From: Eledone cirrhosa
Taxonomy: Eukaryota
NCBI GenBank assembly: GCA_964016885.1
Contig: OZ024740.1
Coordinates: 179,738,001 to 179,802,000 of the forward strand
Direction of reading: 5' to 3'
DNA: 64,000 nt
Part shown: positions 12,916 to 27,524 of the stretch, piece after piece
Numbering within the stretch: the first letter of the stretch is position 1
Layout: each line of letters begins with the position of its first letter
The notes under the pieces: generated by a model
Told to the model about the DNA's origin: nothing
The model's database searches: none
What the model saw: only the letters and a program-made list of their open reading frames with translations
Translations under genes and position numbers: made by a program

Positions 12916-13407
12916 CAAGTTCTAGCGAATAGAGAAAAAGTTTTAAAATAAATCAAAAAAAAATCGCTGTAATTACCATATATGCCTTTACCGCAGTTTC
13001 ATGCTCCAGATTAAACGGGAAATCCGAGCGGATTTCTATTGAGAAGAGAGCAATATTCAGAAGGCTCTTCTCCCTCGGAGAATATAAAATTCCCGAGTTC
13101 AAATCACAAACTGACGCCATACAAAATCATTCCCAAATGAGAGCGGATGATTATGCAAAGACAAAAGGCAGGGTGGACAGGTCATTAGCAGCAATCGAAA
13201 TGGCCAAAATGTTATCTTTACCTTAGGGGGAGATCAATGATAATAAAGTATGAATTCCTACGTGTAAAAAATACTTATAGGGAAACAACTATTATCCAAC
13301 CGTATGCCAATGTGGTTCTATGGCGGGTTAATAAATTAACAACCCAGAACATATAAAATCAAGGTCTAGCAAATAGAAAAAAAGTTTTAAAATAATTTAA
13401 AAAAAAT
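12906..13407 (-). mobile_element. Short partial-tandem element (period ~444 bp, ~55-bp terminal repeat) in (TA)n with a mutated hammerhead at 12984-13065
   Basis: aaaatcaag(t/g)tctagc at 12911 and 13355; minus strand gcctt CTGAATA ttgctc...gagcat GAAA ctgcgg TA aaggc (G8 to U). Confidence 0.7.
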
Positions 13408-13419
13408 TATATATATGGG

Positions 13420-13730
13420 TTTAAGAGAAATACGATATGGTGTGCAGTAGGAACGAATGAGTTGATACGGACATGTAATAAGCATGAATGATGATTGATC
13501 AATGAAGAAATGCTAGTGGATGGAAGCCGCTGGAGAGGTAGCCGTGAAAGAACTAGGCAGAGATAGTGAGAGCTGAACTGAAATCACTGAAATTCATAGA
13601 GGAGATGATGAAGGAACATGAGTGAGTAGATGCTGTAAGAAAAGGACCCGTTCAACCCATACGTACGTAGAAAGAGGGACGTAAAAGCGATGATGATGAT
13701 GATGATGATGAAGATGATGAAGATGATACT
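13420..13730 (+). mobile_element. Degenerate RTE-like LINE 3' end with (GAT)n tail
   Basis: decayed purine-rich segment ending gacgtaaaagc(gat)n. Confidence 0.45.
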
Positions 13731-14814
13731 ATTTAATTGTATGTGATTTTCTATCTGAAATAGTACTTCTTTGTGTATGATATTTGTTCTATAGTGTATT
13801 ATAAACCCCTTGTTGTGATTCTTGCCGTCAGAAATGCATTGAACGATTACGAATGATTCTTCTAAAATTTGTAACCTTTGGCTCCAGATTTTGGTAATTG
13901 TAATATAAAATAGATAAATATATCAGAAGATATCAATGCCTACACGCAGAAATAAGATTGCGTAGCGGATAAAATCATATAGATGTTCGTTTCTATTCGG
14001 CTAAAGGTATTTCCTTAAGCATTAAGCAGATATATTTAATTATCACTGTGACACCTTCACCTAGTTATCAGGAAGAGTTACTTGATAATTGGTGAACATA
14101 ATCAGTGAATAATAGGCGTCTTTCCAAAATAAGGCTTGTATCTCCTCAGCAAAATACTATAACACTTAAGGCAAATATTAGCCCTAAACGCTAACTGGCA
14201 TCGAACCAATAACATTAATATAGACTGCTGAACAGGCAACTCTACACACTATACTTGTCATAAATACCTACCAACTTTAGATAAACATAAAATTCTACTC
14301 TCTAAAAACATGGTGAATTCACTGGATAGTATAGTCTTAATATATCTGAATATTATATTGGATGGTCACACGTAGAGTGTTGTTGATCATAATTCTGCTT
14401 GATCAGATGCAGAAGCACCTACGAAGGGACAATGCAAACTAAACTTTTGAACTGTAACGCAGCATACTTTATTTCTAATATTTGTTAATCACAAAATTAA
14501 TCAACAATCGGAGATCTAATAAAAGTAATTTCTCATTAAGTCGCATCAAAGTGTATAACAATTAATTAATTAATCTCAGCAACTATTTACATAGTTACCA
14601 TTTTACCTATTTTAGTTTATTCTTCTGTGCGAATCAATCCCTATTTTCTATACACATCAATTTAAATCGTCTGGATCGAAACAAGTATTTCTTAATATGA
14701 ATTGTTTTCTATTCCTTTCATGATCTACTATCTCACTTCAGGAGTTTCTCTCATATAATCGTCGAGTAGGTTTTCAAATTCTCAATATTATATAACATTA
14801 TTTCATTGTCACTT

Positions 14815-14910
14815 TGGTTAACTTTGACTTTTATCCTTACGGGGTCGATAAAATAAAGTACCTGTAATGTACTGGGTAATTGCAGGCCTTGTGCCAATAG
14901 TAGAAACAAT
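14815..14910 (+). mobile_element. 5'-truncated SINE
   Basis: ccttacggggtcgataaaataaagtacc...gtagaaacaa. Confidence 0.75.
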
Positions 14911-15479
14911 GATTTCATTGTCACTGGGCTACACATTTGAATAAATTGACACATAATATTGTGTACTGTTTATTTTAAAGAATCCAGGTAGATGAAAGGC
15001 TAATCCAAACAGCTGAAAAGATGTATTCGTGTAACAAGATAGTAGAAATAATAAACGCAATATACACATTGTCATACTAACATCAACTTGCAAGGGAGAA
15101 AAAATAAAATATTTTAGAACTAAGATAACGGATTCTCTGCGGGTATCAAGTATGACTATTCAACAATTCAACTAATTGTGAAATCAAGCAACAGAGTATA
15201 AAGAAGTACATATTTAACTTAATTCATTGGCGGAATCAGAGTGATAAATTTCAGAGCAAGCATTGAACATATGAATGAAAGTTAAAATCAAGACGAAAAG
15301 GAAATTACTGAAATTAGCGACTATGGACAGGTAATGGCACAAATTGACCATACGTTACATACGATTTTACATATATTTATACCCACTCCAGGTCACCCCA
15401 TTCATCAGTGGTCTCCTTCGTCCCAGCACCACAGATTCCCTCCTCTCTCTCTCTGTATATATATATATATATACAAGTC

Positions 15480-15758
15480 TAAATTCTGTCTTAAGCCAGA
15501 AGGCTCATTTGGCCGGTGCTTATCCCGGTTGTTTCATGGCGTGAAGCGACTGAGATTACAAGACTCCACCCTGGACAGGATGCCAGTCCATTGCAGGTTT
15601 AAGTCCCCAGCTATTGCTGGTCCTCACTTTCTGCTGAATATACCGGAGCAACGTGATATGAAGTGTTTTGCTCAAGAACACAACACGCAACCCAGAAATC
15701 GAACCCACGACATTTTGATCGTAAGTCCAACACCCTTACCACTAGGCCATGTGCCTAC
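15480..15758 (-). mobile_element. Second tRNA-derived SINE family with CORE/Meta-like central domain
   Basis: minus strand: tggcctagtgg (A box), ggttcgatt (B box), gtgttcttgagcaaaacactt, ctgcaatggactggcatcctgtccagggtg. Confidence 0.75.
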
Positions 15759-15774
15759 ACAAATATATATTGCA

Positions 15775-16092
15775 CTGCCGTAAGGGGTGTCAGTACGAAA
15801 ACAGCAAATTAGACAAATCCACTAGGAAGTTTTTCAATATATATAAACATAACATATATATACGCATATATATGAAACTAAATGCATGCACTAAATGCAT
15901 GAACACACATATTATATGTGTATAGATATATATATATATGGGATACATGTGTGTGTATGCATTTATTTTTATGTCTGTGCGTATATGTATATATATGTAT
16001 ATGTATTTGCTTTTATATGTTTATATATATTGAAAAACTTCTTAGTGGGTTTATCTAGTTTGCTATTTTCGTACTGACACTCCTTACAGCAG
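15775..16092. mobile_element. MITE-like element with ~77-bp imperfect terminal inverted repeats
   Basis: ctgccgtaaggggtgtcagtacgaaaa... versus ...ttttcgtactgacactccttacagcag; TA-rich filler; no clear TSD. Confidence 0.6.
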
Positions 16093-17539
16093 CACCCCTT
16101 TCTTATTTTGGGAGTCCTTTGTAGAGTTATATGTGTTCAACAATTTTAAATTACGTCTATAAGGTACTAGTCTTATTTATGTAACACATATAGGTAAGCT
16201 GTTTGACTGGTATATTATGGTCTTTGCACTCCACCCTGTATCCTAAAAATACAGGTAAATTTGTAAATGTCCCTGTAATTTAGGTATAGGTTTATCGATT
16301 AAAAATCAATGAAAACACGAATTGTTTACAAATTATGATTTAAGCTGGGAAAACAAACGTGTTCAGTAGTATTTGCTCAAACGGGTTATACTTTCTATTG
16401 TTGACACATTACCTTTTACAGCTGCACACGAGCTACGATAAATACACATTTTAGATGCCATTTCTAATATTCCCACAACTTTCATTATTGTGAATGTAAA
16501 TATATCATCATAATTACCATCATCAATGGTAAGTGTGATAGGAGACCTATATTTAGTAGAAAAAATCATATTAAGTGAGTGTAATCTACCTCTCGTCATA
16601 TGTGTTCGTATTAATCTAAATTAACTTTGTCTCATGTTAATGAGTAATTTATTGACGTAGTTGAATTTTACTTCAAGCTTCACTGAGCAAGGTTTGTGTT
16701 TCACCTTCCTGACAAAAAGTAGTGGAAACATACCGACGCAATGCTCTTTTCCTGTTAGAGTGTAGTGTGATTAATGGAAAGAAATCAATAGTATTGCCAT
16801 GTGTGTTTATGTAAATAGTTCTATGTTCGTATCTGCTTACCAACAATTGCATTTAACTAACTTTACATTTAGAATGAAAGAGGAGAGAGAAAAAAAAGCT
16901 TAATTTCAGCAATAGAACAATCTCATCATTATTAACTACACACACATAATTTACTTATTTTGAATACTTGTATTTAACCTTTACAGGACATATCACGCAT
17001 AATTAATTCTCTAAACAAACATTGTGAACATTTGACTTTATACAGCTATTAATAACTTCGAAACACAGATGGTGTAGTGGAATAATTATCTACGACAATT
17101 TTAATTAATCAATTAATTTTGTCTTTTGATGTTATATCATTGCTTATAGAACATATTTTTTAACATGATTTATGTACAGGTTTGTCATTATTTTGAAATA
17201 ATCAACCAGATTTACGGCGATTTTCTTTTTTCGCTGATTATTCACACAGTGATTTCAAAATCTGTTAATTGGGGTCAATAGTATGACTAATCTAATTAAA
17301 TATTGCAATGGCTTAAATACCGGGTTAAAATAGTTTTCTAAGTAATATATTGATTCATACTTTCATCACAACTGAAATACTTCTTCGCCTACTTATTCCT
17401 GGGAGAGTCATGGGGAGTAAAGTCCTGAAACATGTCATGTCAGGAGCAACCGTCTCCAGTTAATACAACTTGACCTCACAGCGAGACCAGCCGAGCTCAT
17501 ATGGGTTATTCAACTAACTTGCTCGGGATCAACATCTTC

Positions 17540-18270
17540 TTCTTCTTCTTCTTCTTCTTCTTCTTCTTCTTCTTGAATTCCATCATCATCATTATCATCA
17601 TTATCTTCTTCGCTTATTTATTCCTGAGCGGATCGTGGGGCCAGATTCCTCAAACACTCTTTCTAGCGGGTCCTGTCAGAAGTAACTCTCTTCAACTGAT
17701 GCGGCTGGGTTCATAAGCGAGACCATCTTATGGATAATATCCACCTTCTTCATCAAAGACTAGTCTGTTGGATGGTCTTATCTATACAATCTGTCCAGCA
17801 ATTCTTTCCTGAGAGATTCTAACCACGCGTCCGCAATATGGGAGCTGTGATTTCCCAATTTAAGGATATAGTGACTCTCTCGTCCTCGAGATACGCTCAC
17901 TATCGTGTAACGTTACTCCAAATATTATTCAGAGGAAGCCCATTTCGGCCACTTGTCGTCACAATCGTCTGTTTCGGTCATTACACAAGATGTATGCCCA
18001 TAGGTAAATATTGCACGACTACCAAATTGAAGATAGTGAGTGTGGATGTTACTCCTACCACCATTCAAATGACCAAATGTTGAAGCTGGCACATTACTGA
18101 ACCATCTCTCGCCATTCTTGCACTTAATTCAACCTGCTGCATACTATTAAGCATAAACACAACCTCGAGATACTTGAATTCTTCCATTTGCTTCAGTAGA
18201 ACTCCATTCACCTGTATCGTACACTGCACAGGACTCCGTGAAAGGAGTAGTGTCTCAGTCTTCACAGTAT
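17540..18270 (-). mobile_element. Degenerate RTE-like LINE 3' fragment with (GAA)n/(GAT)n tail
   Basis: ORF 18065-18265 KTETLLLSR..IQVNGVLLKQMEEFKYL resembles the RTE RT end. Confidence 0.6.
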
Positions 18271-21200
18271 TGATTCCCTTCCTGTCGTGGAGCCCTTGTC
18301 AGCATATTTTCTGGGCTTTGTTGGAGTTATGTAGTTTCATATTACAAGTAGCTAAATGTTTATCAGTTGACGGCTCAGCTCTTATCTTAACACGAACATC
18401 GAGCAGAAAATCTAAGAGTTAAGAGATAATAAAAGAACGCAACCATTGATCTCTGTGTCCTAACCCCCATCATACCACGTATATTTATATATACTTCTCT
18501 GCTGGAAGGAGTTTATAATAGGTAGCCCATAACAAGATCAGAAATCTTATAAGGATTTTCCAATCCTATTTTGATCGGGATCACCGTTCCTCCCAGTCAC
18601 TTATTGCCATGTCACATGCTTAGCATCAATATATTCATTGAATTCTCCCATTAGGATATATGACTCAGCCTTTAGAAAACTAGGTTTGAGAGACTTCTTG
18701 GGAGCCAAAGGTGTCAGCCATCACACCGTCTCCCCGAGTACTTTACCGCTGTTGATTCGGTGTTTCTTATTCGTCCTGCAGGAACCCACTCTTATCGAAA
18801 ATAACCATTATATCCGGTGCCTGCACCACTATCCGCCACCTGCGACCAGTTTTCTAGCAGAACAACTCTGCCAAAGAGAAAAAATGTTGGATAGTTAATT
18901 ACACTTACAATCAAATAAAACACTCTAATAAAATACCCACAGCTCAAACTCAAGAAAACATATATGAAATAGAATAAAAATAGATAAAAATTGAACCAAT
19001 CCGTTTAGTAAAAACAAACTATAACTAAACATTCCCAGCCAAATGCTCTCGATATATTTAAATAAAATAGAGATTAATGCATTGTTCAAATAAGTAAACA
19101 TATACAGACACTTTTATTCAAATAGACATTTTTGTAGATTATCTTACCTCGCGTGAAAAATGAGTAAAGTATAACATTAGACAAAAAAAGGAAATAGAAG
19201 AAAAAACAGGCAGAGTGATATTCTTAGAATTAATTGCTGGGAAAAGCAATGGAATTGAAATTTTATTGACGAAGAAGTCACAGACAAAGATAAAATCAGT
19301 TCAATTGTTTTACTTTACATTTTTCTTCGGGACAGCACCGATGTTATAGTGGTTTTGTACATACAGGTATATATAATTTATCAGACCACGTGTATATGTC
19401 ATGTAGTTTAATTGGGAGACAAATCTGATGTTTTGGGAGATGAGGTGTATGACCGGCGAATTTTCATAAATGTTTGGGCGTTACATCAATTGATTTGTGC
19501 TGTTTAATTCTGCTCCAAGAATTCTGAGTTCAAATCCCGCTTGGAATTATTTTGGAGGTAGACTAAACTACGAACAAAATCTAACTCCTCCAATTGTTTT
19601 TGCGGGATTTTCACTGAATCAAATATGTTGTGATTATTCTGATCAGATCTCCTGTCTGTGAATATCTTTCTCCTTCCACTCCATTAATATCGGAGGTCTT
19701 GAATGAACGAAAAATATTCATTGTATGCTGATCGTCTCTGCATGATAGGGGGAGAGAAGCCGCATACAGTATTGAGGCAGTTTCTAGATTGTATAGTCAC
19801 TGTGATAGCAGTGGGGATATTACTTCGTCTGTTGAGGATGTTCAGCATAATTGTTAGAATAAAATTGCTTTTCAATTTCCTACATAATGTAAATATAACT
19901 CTCTAGTTAATTGGTGAATATCTCGTAGTTTATAAGAGTTATATTTGTTGCTGATGATATTGGTGTTGTCCCAACTGTATGGCCCCGTGATAGTGTTGCT
20001 GATGCTAGCACATACAATGGCTATGTAATCTCAGTAAAAGTAACATTCAAACAATTGAGTTTCTTTACTCTCTTCATTATTGGTTGACACCAACGCATTC
20101 TCCATTATTTGTATAAACGTTTACAAATAACTGTAATATTACAAGAAATGTCCAGTAAATTGAAATCTTAAATAGTGGTAAAGAAACTACAATGTCCATC
20201 TACTCACGTTCGTAATAAACTAAACAACGATATTTCAGTGTCATGAAAATATAATTCACTCATAAAACAATAACACCATCAAAATAAATTGCTGTAGCGA
20301 TTACAAAAAACAATGATAATGATTTCTAATTTAAGTACAAGGCGAGCAATCTAGAGTAGGGGAATGTCAATGAAGTCAATCCTTAATCTTAACTGATACT
20401 TTATTTCATCTAACTGGGTTGGATGAAATGAAATATTGACATCGTCGGTATTTGGACTTAAGTTGGCCAATCACCGTAACTAAATACCGCAAAACATTTT
20501 GTTCGAGATTGTAAGGATTCTGCAAATTCTCTGTCCCTATATGACTCTAGTATTAATGATAACAATTGTTCTTCGTTAGAAGCAAATGATGCTATATGAA
20601 AGATTCAGCGTTAAAACATAGGGGGAATGACATATTACTCGGGAATAGGCGAGATAAATGTATTTAACAACGGGGGAATGGCAAAAAATGTATACGATTT
20701 ACGTATTAAAAATTCAAAGAAATACAATAAACATAATTTTTTAAAAAGACCCAATAACCAAAACAAAAGCTTTTTGTCATTCAAAAATCGTTTTCTTAAA
20801 AGCTAAAACGATGAGATAGTCACATTAGCTTAAGCTCCTTCCATGCTCCAACATTCTTTTAATAATCTACACCATATGTTTACTTTGTAAAGACATAGTA
20901 TAGCATGTCCATATTAAAATATTTAAGGAGTATGGATAGAAACAAAAAATTCATGGAGTGCAACTTCAACATCGACAAAAACAACGCAACAAAAAACAAC
21001 GGCCCCATTAATGGAATGTTTTTTTTTACTTCACGGAACGTGTTACAAATATCACCGAAATATCTGACGATAACAAAACTTCTTTTTAGTGATTTTATCT
21101 TAAAGATGAGGAAAATATTAGTATACATAGACTATAAGATTGAAAGAAAGAAGGGAGGGATTTATTATCGGAGTGTAGACTTCAAACTGCAAATTCCAGC

Positions 21201-21331
21201 ACAGCAAAGTCAACTCCTCAAAATATAACCAAGGAGGAGATAGTTATGTTAAATAAAGTGACATATTAACTTTACTACATGAGAACTGTAAAATATCCAA
21301 GAATCTTAATGAAAAAAGAACGTCAATAATT

Positions 21332-21517
21332 AATTGTTTCTACTTTAGGCACAAGGCCAGCAATTACCCAGTGCATTACGGGTACTTTATTTTATCGGCC
21401 CCGTAAGGATGAAAGGAAAAGTCAACCTCGGCGGGATTTGAACTCAGATCGTAAAGGGACGTAACTATGCTGGAAAGCATGGCGTCCGACCCTCTACTGA
21501 TACTGCCAATCCACTGC
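21332..21517 (-). mobile_element. tRNA-derived SINE, full length
   Basis: family match; flanked by an ataattaat duplication. Confidence 0.85.
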
Positions 21518-24086
21518 ATAATTAATATTAGTCAATATTGATTGATCCACTACAAATTTCAAGTGTGCCTTATACTCCAACAACACAAGAATAAAAGTAA
21601 TACTAGCTACAACCAATTCTAGAAGATTGACAAAGATAGGATACACTTAATTAAAAGAATAGTGTGAAACGAATATCCTTTTGATTAGAAATTAATTAAA
21701 ATGAAATTATTTTAATTAACTTTGATGAATTTCAATAATTAGTATTGTAATTTATTAGATTGATCCAGCTAAAATAATACATCTAAATAGAAACAAATAA
21801 CTGAATTCTTAATAATAAAAGTGAATCAGTAAGTGCCAATATATTTTGAGATGAGAAATTGGTGAACACTTCATACATAGCTCCCTTTCCAGAAAATTCA
21901 GACTTTCCACTATGATGAGAAAGCGTTTGCTGAATTAATACTTTCATGTATCCAACCACTCAGAAACATAACGGACATATATCATTGAAAGTTCTTATTG
22001 GTGTCAAGCCAAATTTATAATACCACAGCTATGATATATTAATCTCTACATATGTGTTATTCATGTAGAAAGCGTCATTCATATCATGTCATGATTATCA
22101 ATTGAAATTCTAAATTCTTTCGGTATTAAACTTCGTTACATTGTAATGTAGGTGTCCAGATGGTTCACTGAAGAAGTCTACTATAACTGGATCATTTAAG
22201 AGTATGCCACAAGAGACGTGCCCTACAATATCTAAAAACTAATATTTAGGGGTTTTGATGATCTCTGTCTTTTTTTTCCATAGCAAAGATTCCCACGAAC
22301 ACTATAATTCTTCCTCTGTTTAAAGTATAATTTTAAAATTTCATTTTAAATAAATTAGCGAAATTTTCTGTCTCAGTAAATGAAATATTTTAAACGTACA
22401 TATACAAGAAATGCACTTAATCCATCCTGCTATACAATAGAACATGTATTCTGATTTTGCGCTGGCTCGATTGAAATATTCAGAACGTTGGATAAAATAT
22501 TCGATGATAATCATGTGATATGAAAAACGATTCATGAAATGAAGAAAGTGAAGGAATACGAGTGATTCTAACTCATTTGAGGTATACAGAGATGTCATTG
22601 AGTATAAAAAAAAATACATTCATACCATTTAAAGATAGAGCTATCAGCCATGAATTAATTATGAATTATCAGTGCAATGAATTATATTTCTTGGGTCTCT
22701 TTAGTTTAATATTGCATTGCGTGTAATCTGATTTATTTTTAATTTGGAAAATAGCGATAGGATTTTAATTCCATCTAATTATTACTAATGTATGTTGATG
22801 TTTATCTCCAGAAAGACAGTTATACGACGAAAGAACGCTATGGAATTATATTTCGTCTATGAGGAAATCCATCGAAATTCCCTATATAGGTCTAGCGATT
22901 GAGGTAATGTTAGTTCACATCTCGCTTGAAATCGGCCCTGATATTTCTCTGAGAGCCAAATTTAACCATTTATATTTGTAGTATATATATTTAAATATAC
23001 GTATAAGTAATGAATATTATTAATAGCTACTGCAGTATTAGATAAAAATTGTATGAGATATCTGGGTTAAAAATATTAACAACGAGCAAACTATTTGTTG
23101 CAGGCCTGCGTTAAATAGTTTGCCTGTTTCTATACAGGCAATTAATTAGCTAAGTCAAATATTTATAACAGTTTCCGAGATTTATTCATATGTAAGGAGC
23201 TGACATATATGCATTTACCTTTCTGAGATTTAAATGAAAAATCTTTAATTTGGATGCTACATTCCAATCTTGCCATGAACGCGTAATGAAAAAATACTAA
23301 ATTAGTAGAGAGCTTTCAAAAGCAATCGTATTATTCACGATTAGTTTTGAGTTTATTTGTTGCGTCTTCAATTATCATTACGCTTCTCTTCATAGCAGCG
23401 TTTTCATTTTTATATATTTTAAATTCCTAATCATAGCCCAAGTGATTATGATTTATTTTTCTATATTGTTATTAGCACAGTTACGTTTGACACTGCTTGG
23501 CAGTTGGAAGGCTGACTGCATCCCCCTTCATATAATCTAACAATATATACATTGTAGATTGTACGTTACTTTTCACCCATTCGTAGATATAGCCGCCCTA
23601 AAATGAAATTACATCTCACCGGATGTCGGGGTCCAATTTTTACGGGATCAGGAGACGTGATCAGAAGTTAGAACACACATACCTTTATAAGATGCGATAA
23701 AAAACATCAAACTCCTACGATCTTCTAACTATTCCAGCACACAGATATCTGGGAACTGGGGTTATAATTTACGATATCAAACTGAAATAATATTCATCGT
23801 ACATAATGAATATGATTGAATATTTTCAAAGCAGAAAATAATTTGTATTTTTTTTAAAATTTATATGCTAACTCTAATTAAAACAATTCTACTGTATTTA
23901 GATGTAATGGATTATTCATCTAACTAATTCTTTAAACAAGGATATACCTGAATAGAGTACGTATATTATGTAAATTAGTTAGCACACACATTATATGTTT
24001 AAAATTAGGCTGATCCTGGGCTAAACAATCTCATCAGAAACGATCTTATGATTTAAAAATATATTAATCACTATTAGATCACCTGA

Positions 24087-24482
24087 GGGCGGTGGATTGG
24101 CAGTATCGGTAGAGAATCGGACACCATGCTTTGCAGCCTAGAGTTACGGCCCTTTATGGTATGAGTTCAAGTCCCGCCGAGATTAACTTTGCCTTTCATC
24201 CTTACGGGGTCGATAAAATAAAGCACCATTAATGTACTGGGGTCGATTTAATCGATTCCCCCCAAAAAATTAATGGCCTTGTGCCTATACTAGAAATCAG
24301 GTGGATTTGCAGTATCGGTAGAGGGTCGGACGCCATGCTTTCCAGCATAGTTACGTCCCTTTGCGGTCTGAGTTCAAATCCCGCCGAGGTTAACTTTGCC
24401 TTTCATCCTTACGGGGTCGATAAAATAAAGTACCAGTAATGTACTGGATAATATATGGCCTTGTGCCAAAAGTAGAAACTAT
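24087..24482 (+). mobile_element. Head-to-tail SINE dimer within one TSD
   Basis: two SINE units; tattagatcac at 24072-24082 and 24483-24493. Confidence 0.85.
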
Positions 24483-24541
24483 TATTAGATCACGTCTAAC
24501 TTAACACACAAACAATAACCGGAATTCTACTTCCCACTTAC

Positions 24542-24786
24542 CTTTGGATCTGAAGCAGCGGCATTTGTTTGGCTCGGAAATCCGACGACGGAGCTTCAAG
24601 GAAATACTGGTGTGCAAACAGACTCTGTCCATTTGAGTGCCAGCTGAGGGTGAGGGTACGGCGTTAAGTCAAGCAGCGCAGTCGGATTAAGTGACCGAGA
24701 AACATCAGATGCTGCTGAGCTAGTCGGCGCTGACCAAGGAAATGAAGCACTAGATGGTGTCCCATTTTGTGTGCGGTACTGAATGT
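24542..24786 (-). CDS. Probable host-gene exon (Ser/Pro-rich peptide, product unknown)
   Basis: GC-richer island; acceptor tctcatcatttAG and strong donor AAG|GTAAGT; frame IQYRTQNGTPSS...PYPHPQLALKWTESVCTPVFP with TGA at 24596-24598. Confidence 0.5.
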
Positions 24787-26220
24787 CTAAATGATGAGAG
24801 AATGAAGGATATCCAGATAAATATATAAATGCTTCGGTCCAGTTACTAGCAAATTGTTGATGTTGGAGATTCCTTATATACTGAAACATTTCGCACGATA
24901 AAACCACGTATTTCCATTATGCGTGGAAATTCGATGAAATAAAATAAAATAATATTAAATTGAAGTAAAATTAATTAAATTATCGATTAAGAAATATATT
25001 TACTGATTAATATCTTAGTAATATAATAATAGATTAATTTGAAAATCCATGATTACACAAACCTGGCCATTGTCTTTTGCTAAGTATGGGGCTCCAACTG
25101 AATTAAATAGAATTTAATTACATCAGAACATATTAATTATTAGAGTAAGAAGTAAATTAATACAATAATATATGATTGATGAAGCATTTAATATCCTCTG
25201 AATTCCACCTGAATATGTTGGCCGCATATCCTCTGTTATGCAGCCAAAATCTCCATACAATTTCCATACACAGAATTTCGATGGAATAAATTAACAATAA
25301 TTAACCACTAATTAAGTAATAATTACTGTTAACTTAATACATTCGCCACTTCAGATAGAAAGTTCAACTTGCATATATTGAAGCGATATTCCGGTATAAT
25401 TATGTAAAAGGATCTTGTTAGATTTTGCCCATTTACTTAACTGAAGAAAAATTATATTATAATACATAATTTTAGAATGTGTTCTCTAACCATATAATAA
25501 TCGAAATTAGATTGATAAATCTAAATTAAAACCGTTATTAGAAAATAATCCTTTAGGATGACGAAACTAAAAAGAATTAATATGAAAGATAAGAAGAGAA
25601 ACGTGTGGGGGAGAAACAATAAATTATGAAAACAATTGATATAGAAGGAAGTGGGAGAGCTTTAAATGAATGGCTGGGGTGTAAATGACTAAACATTGCT
25701 GTGAAGAACACCAGAAAGATCGCCACCCCTCATTGCAAAACCTTCAACATCACAACTTACAATTAAGGACAACATGAAAACACACACACCCACAGAACAA
25801 ACAACCAACCAGTAACATGTTGATAAACAAATAAATAAACAAATATAAACCCACACAGACACCCGGATGTAACACATGCGCAAACAAAGCACACAACACG
25901 CACAAAAACAAGATGGCGTAGGACAGAACAAAGGAGAGGCACAAACAACAAAGAAAATAATCCCAGTCACTGAAGAGGTCACATAATGTGTGACGAAAGA
26001 ACTTTGACAATATATATGAACAATCGTCTGGTTGTGGAACAAACCAACCAATCGGAAATTTATAAATTCCTAAATTTATAAATTTAATTTATAATAAATT
26101 GAAGTGAAAGCAACTGGTGCGTGTGTTTCCTATTGGTAACATGACCCTCCCAAAGTATAACAATATCGGTTTCAACACACGGTTTCAGATAAAGAATCTT
26201 GCTAAACAAATTCAGAAACG

Positions 26221-26300
<80 letters not shown>

Positions 26301-26638
26301 GTATGTATATATATTAGAAAGTGAGATTATTTTTACAAAATGAAAAATAACCGAGGTGTCCTACCCGAATGAAAGTATAAGGAAAAAAGATGATATCGAA
26401 AATGCAACTGGTTCTTTTTAAAAAAATATATATACATTTATTTGGTTCCTTTACCGGTTTAGCAGTTCTTCTACTTTTCAAAAGTAGAGTTGAGATGGAG
26501 GGTCAGTGGTTTTTCTCACATCTGTATGTATATATATATATATATATATACATACACAGACACATAAATATATACATACATACATATACACACACACAAA
26601 CACCACACATAGATATACACACACATACACACACATAG

Positions 26639-26678
<40 letters not shown>

Positions 26679-27011
26679 CGCCGCTAAACTGATACGTGCA
26701 TATATGTATGTGTACCTGTATGCATATGTATATATATATATGTATATATATATGTATATATATATATATATGTGCATGCTACTGTACGTCTGTATACATA
26801 TATGTATGTACGTATACATGCATACTTACATTTAAGTAAGTGCCATACTAAGAGTGAGAAATGAAATTTCGTTTTCATTTTGTTTCAATTTATCGTTTTC
26901 GGTATGCCTGACCGATTTAACTCACTCAATATGCAAATTAGGCTGCTCAGCCGTTAATTTTCATAAGGAAAGTATATACTTTCGAACGTTCAACTATCTG
27001 GCAGATGGGTA

Positions 27012-27056
27012 AACGGTGCTGATGATAGCTAACAAGCTTGAAACTAGTACATCGTT
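27012..27056 (+). ncRNA. Minimal type I hammerhead, copy 1
   Basis: aacggtg CTGATGA t agct aaca agct t GAAA ctag TA catcgtt; palindromic stem III actagt; GUA site. Confidence 0.88.
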
Positions 27057-27479
27057 CCTGTGTCAGTGTAGAACAAAAAGGTGACGTGGTTGCCTTAACA
27101 CCGTATGGCATAAATTCAGGCTGTTCAGTTTGTTTACAAACGAACAAAGCGACGTTAGCGCCGCTAAACTGATACGTGCATATATGTATGTGTACCTGTA
27201 TGCATATGTATATATATATGTATATATATATATATATATGTGCATGCTACTGTACGTCTGTATACATATATGTATGTACGTATACATGCATACTTACATT
27301 TAAGTAAGTGCCATACTAAGAGTGAGAAATGAAATTTCGTTTTCATTTTGTTTCAATTTATCGTTTTCGGTATGCCTGACCGATTTAACTCACTCAATAT
27401 GCAAATTAGGCTGCTCAGCCGTTAATTTTCATAAGGAAAGTATATACTTTCGAACGTTCAACTATCTGGCAGATGGGTA

Positions 27480-27524
27480 AACGGTGCTGATGATAGCTAA
27501 CAAGCTTGAAACTAGTACATCGTT
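27480..27524 (+). ncRNA. Minimal type I hammerhead, copy 2
   Basis: identical to copy 1, 468 nt downstream. Confidence 0.88.

Noticed and set aside
26445-26490. Possible second U3-A8 hammerhead on minus (ctt TTGAAAA gtag..ctgc TAAA ccgg TA aag)
   Set aside because: GAAA is broken and stem I is only 3 bp; equally explained by a chance hairpin
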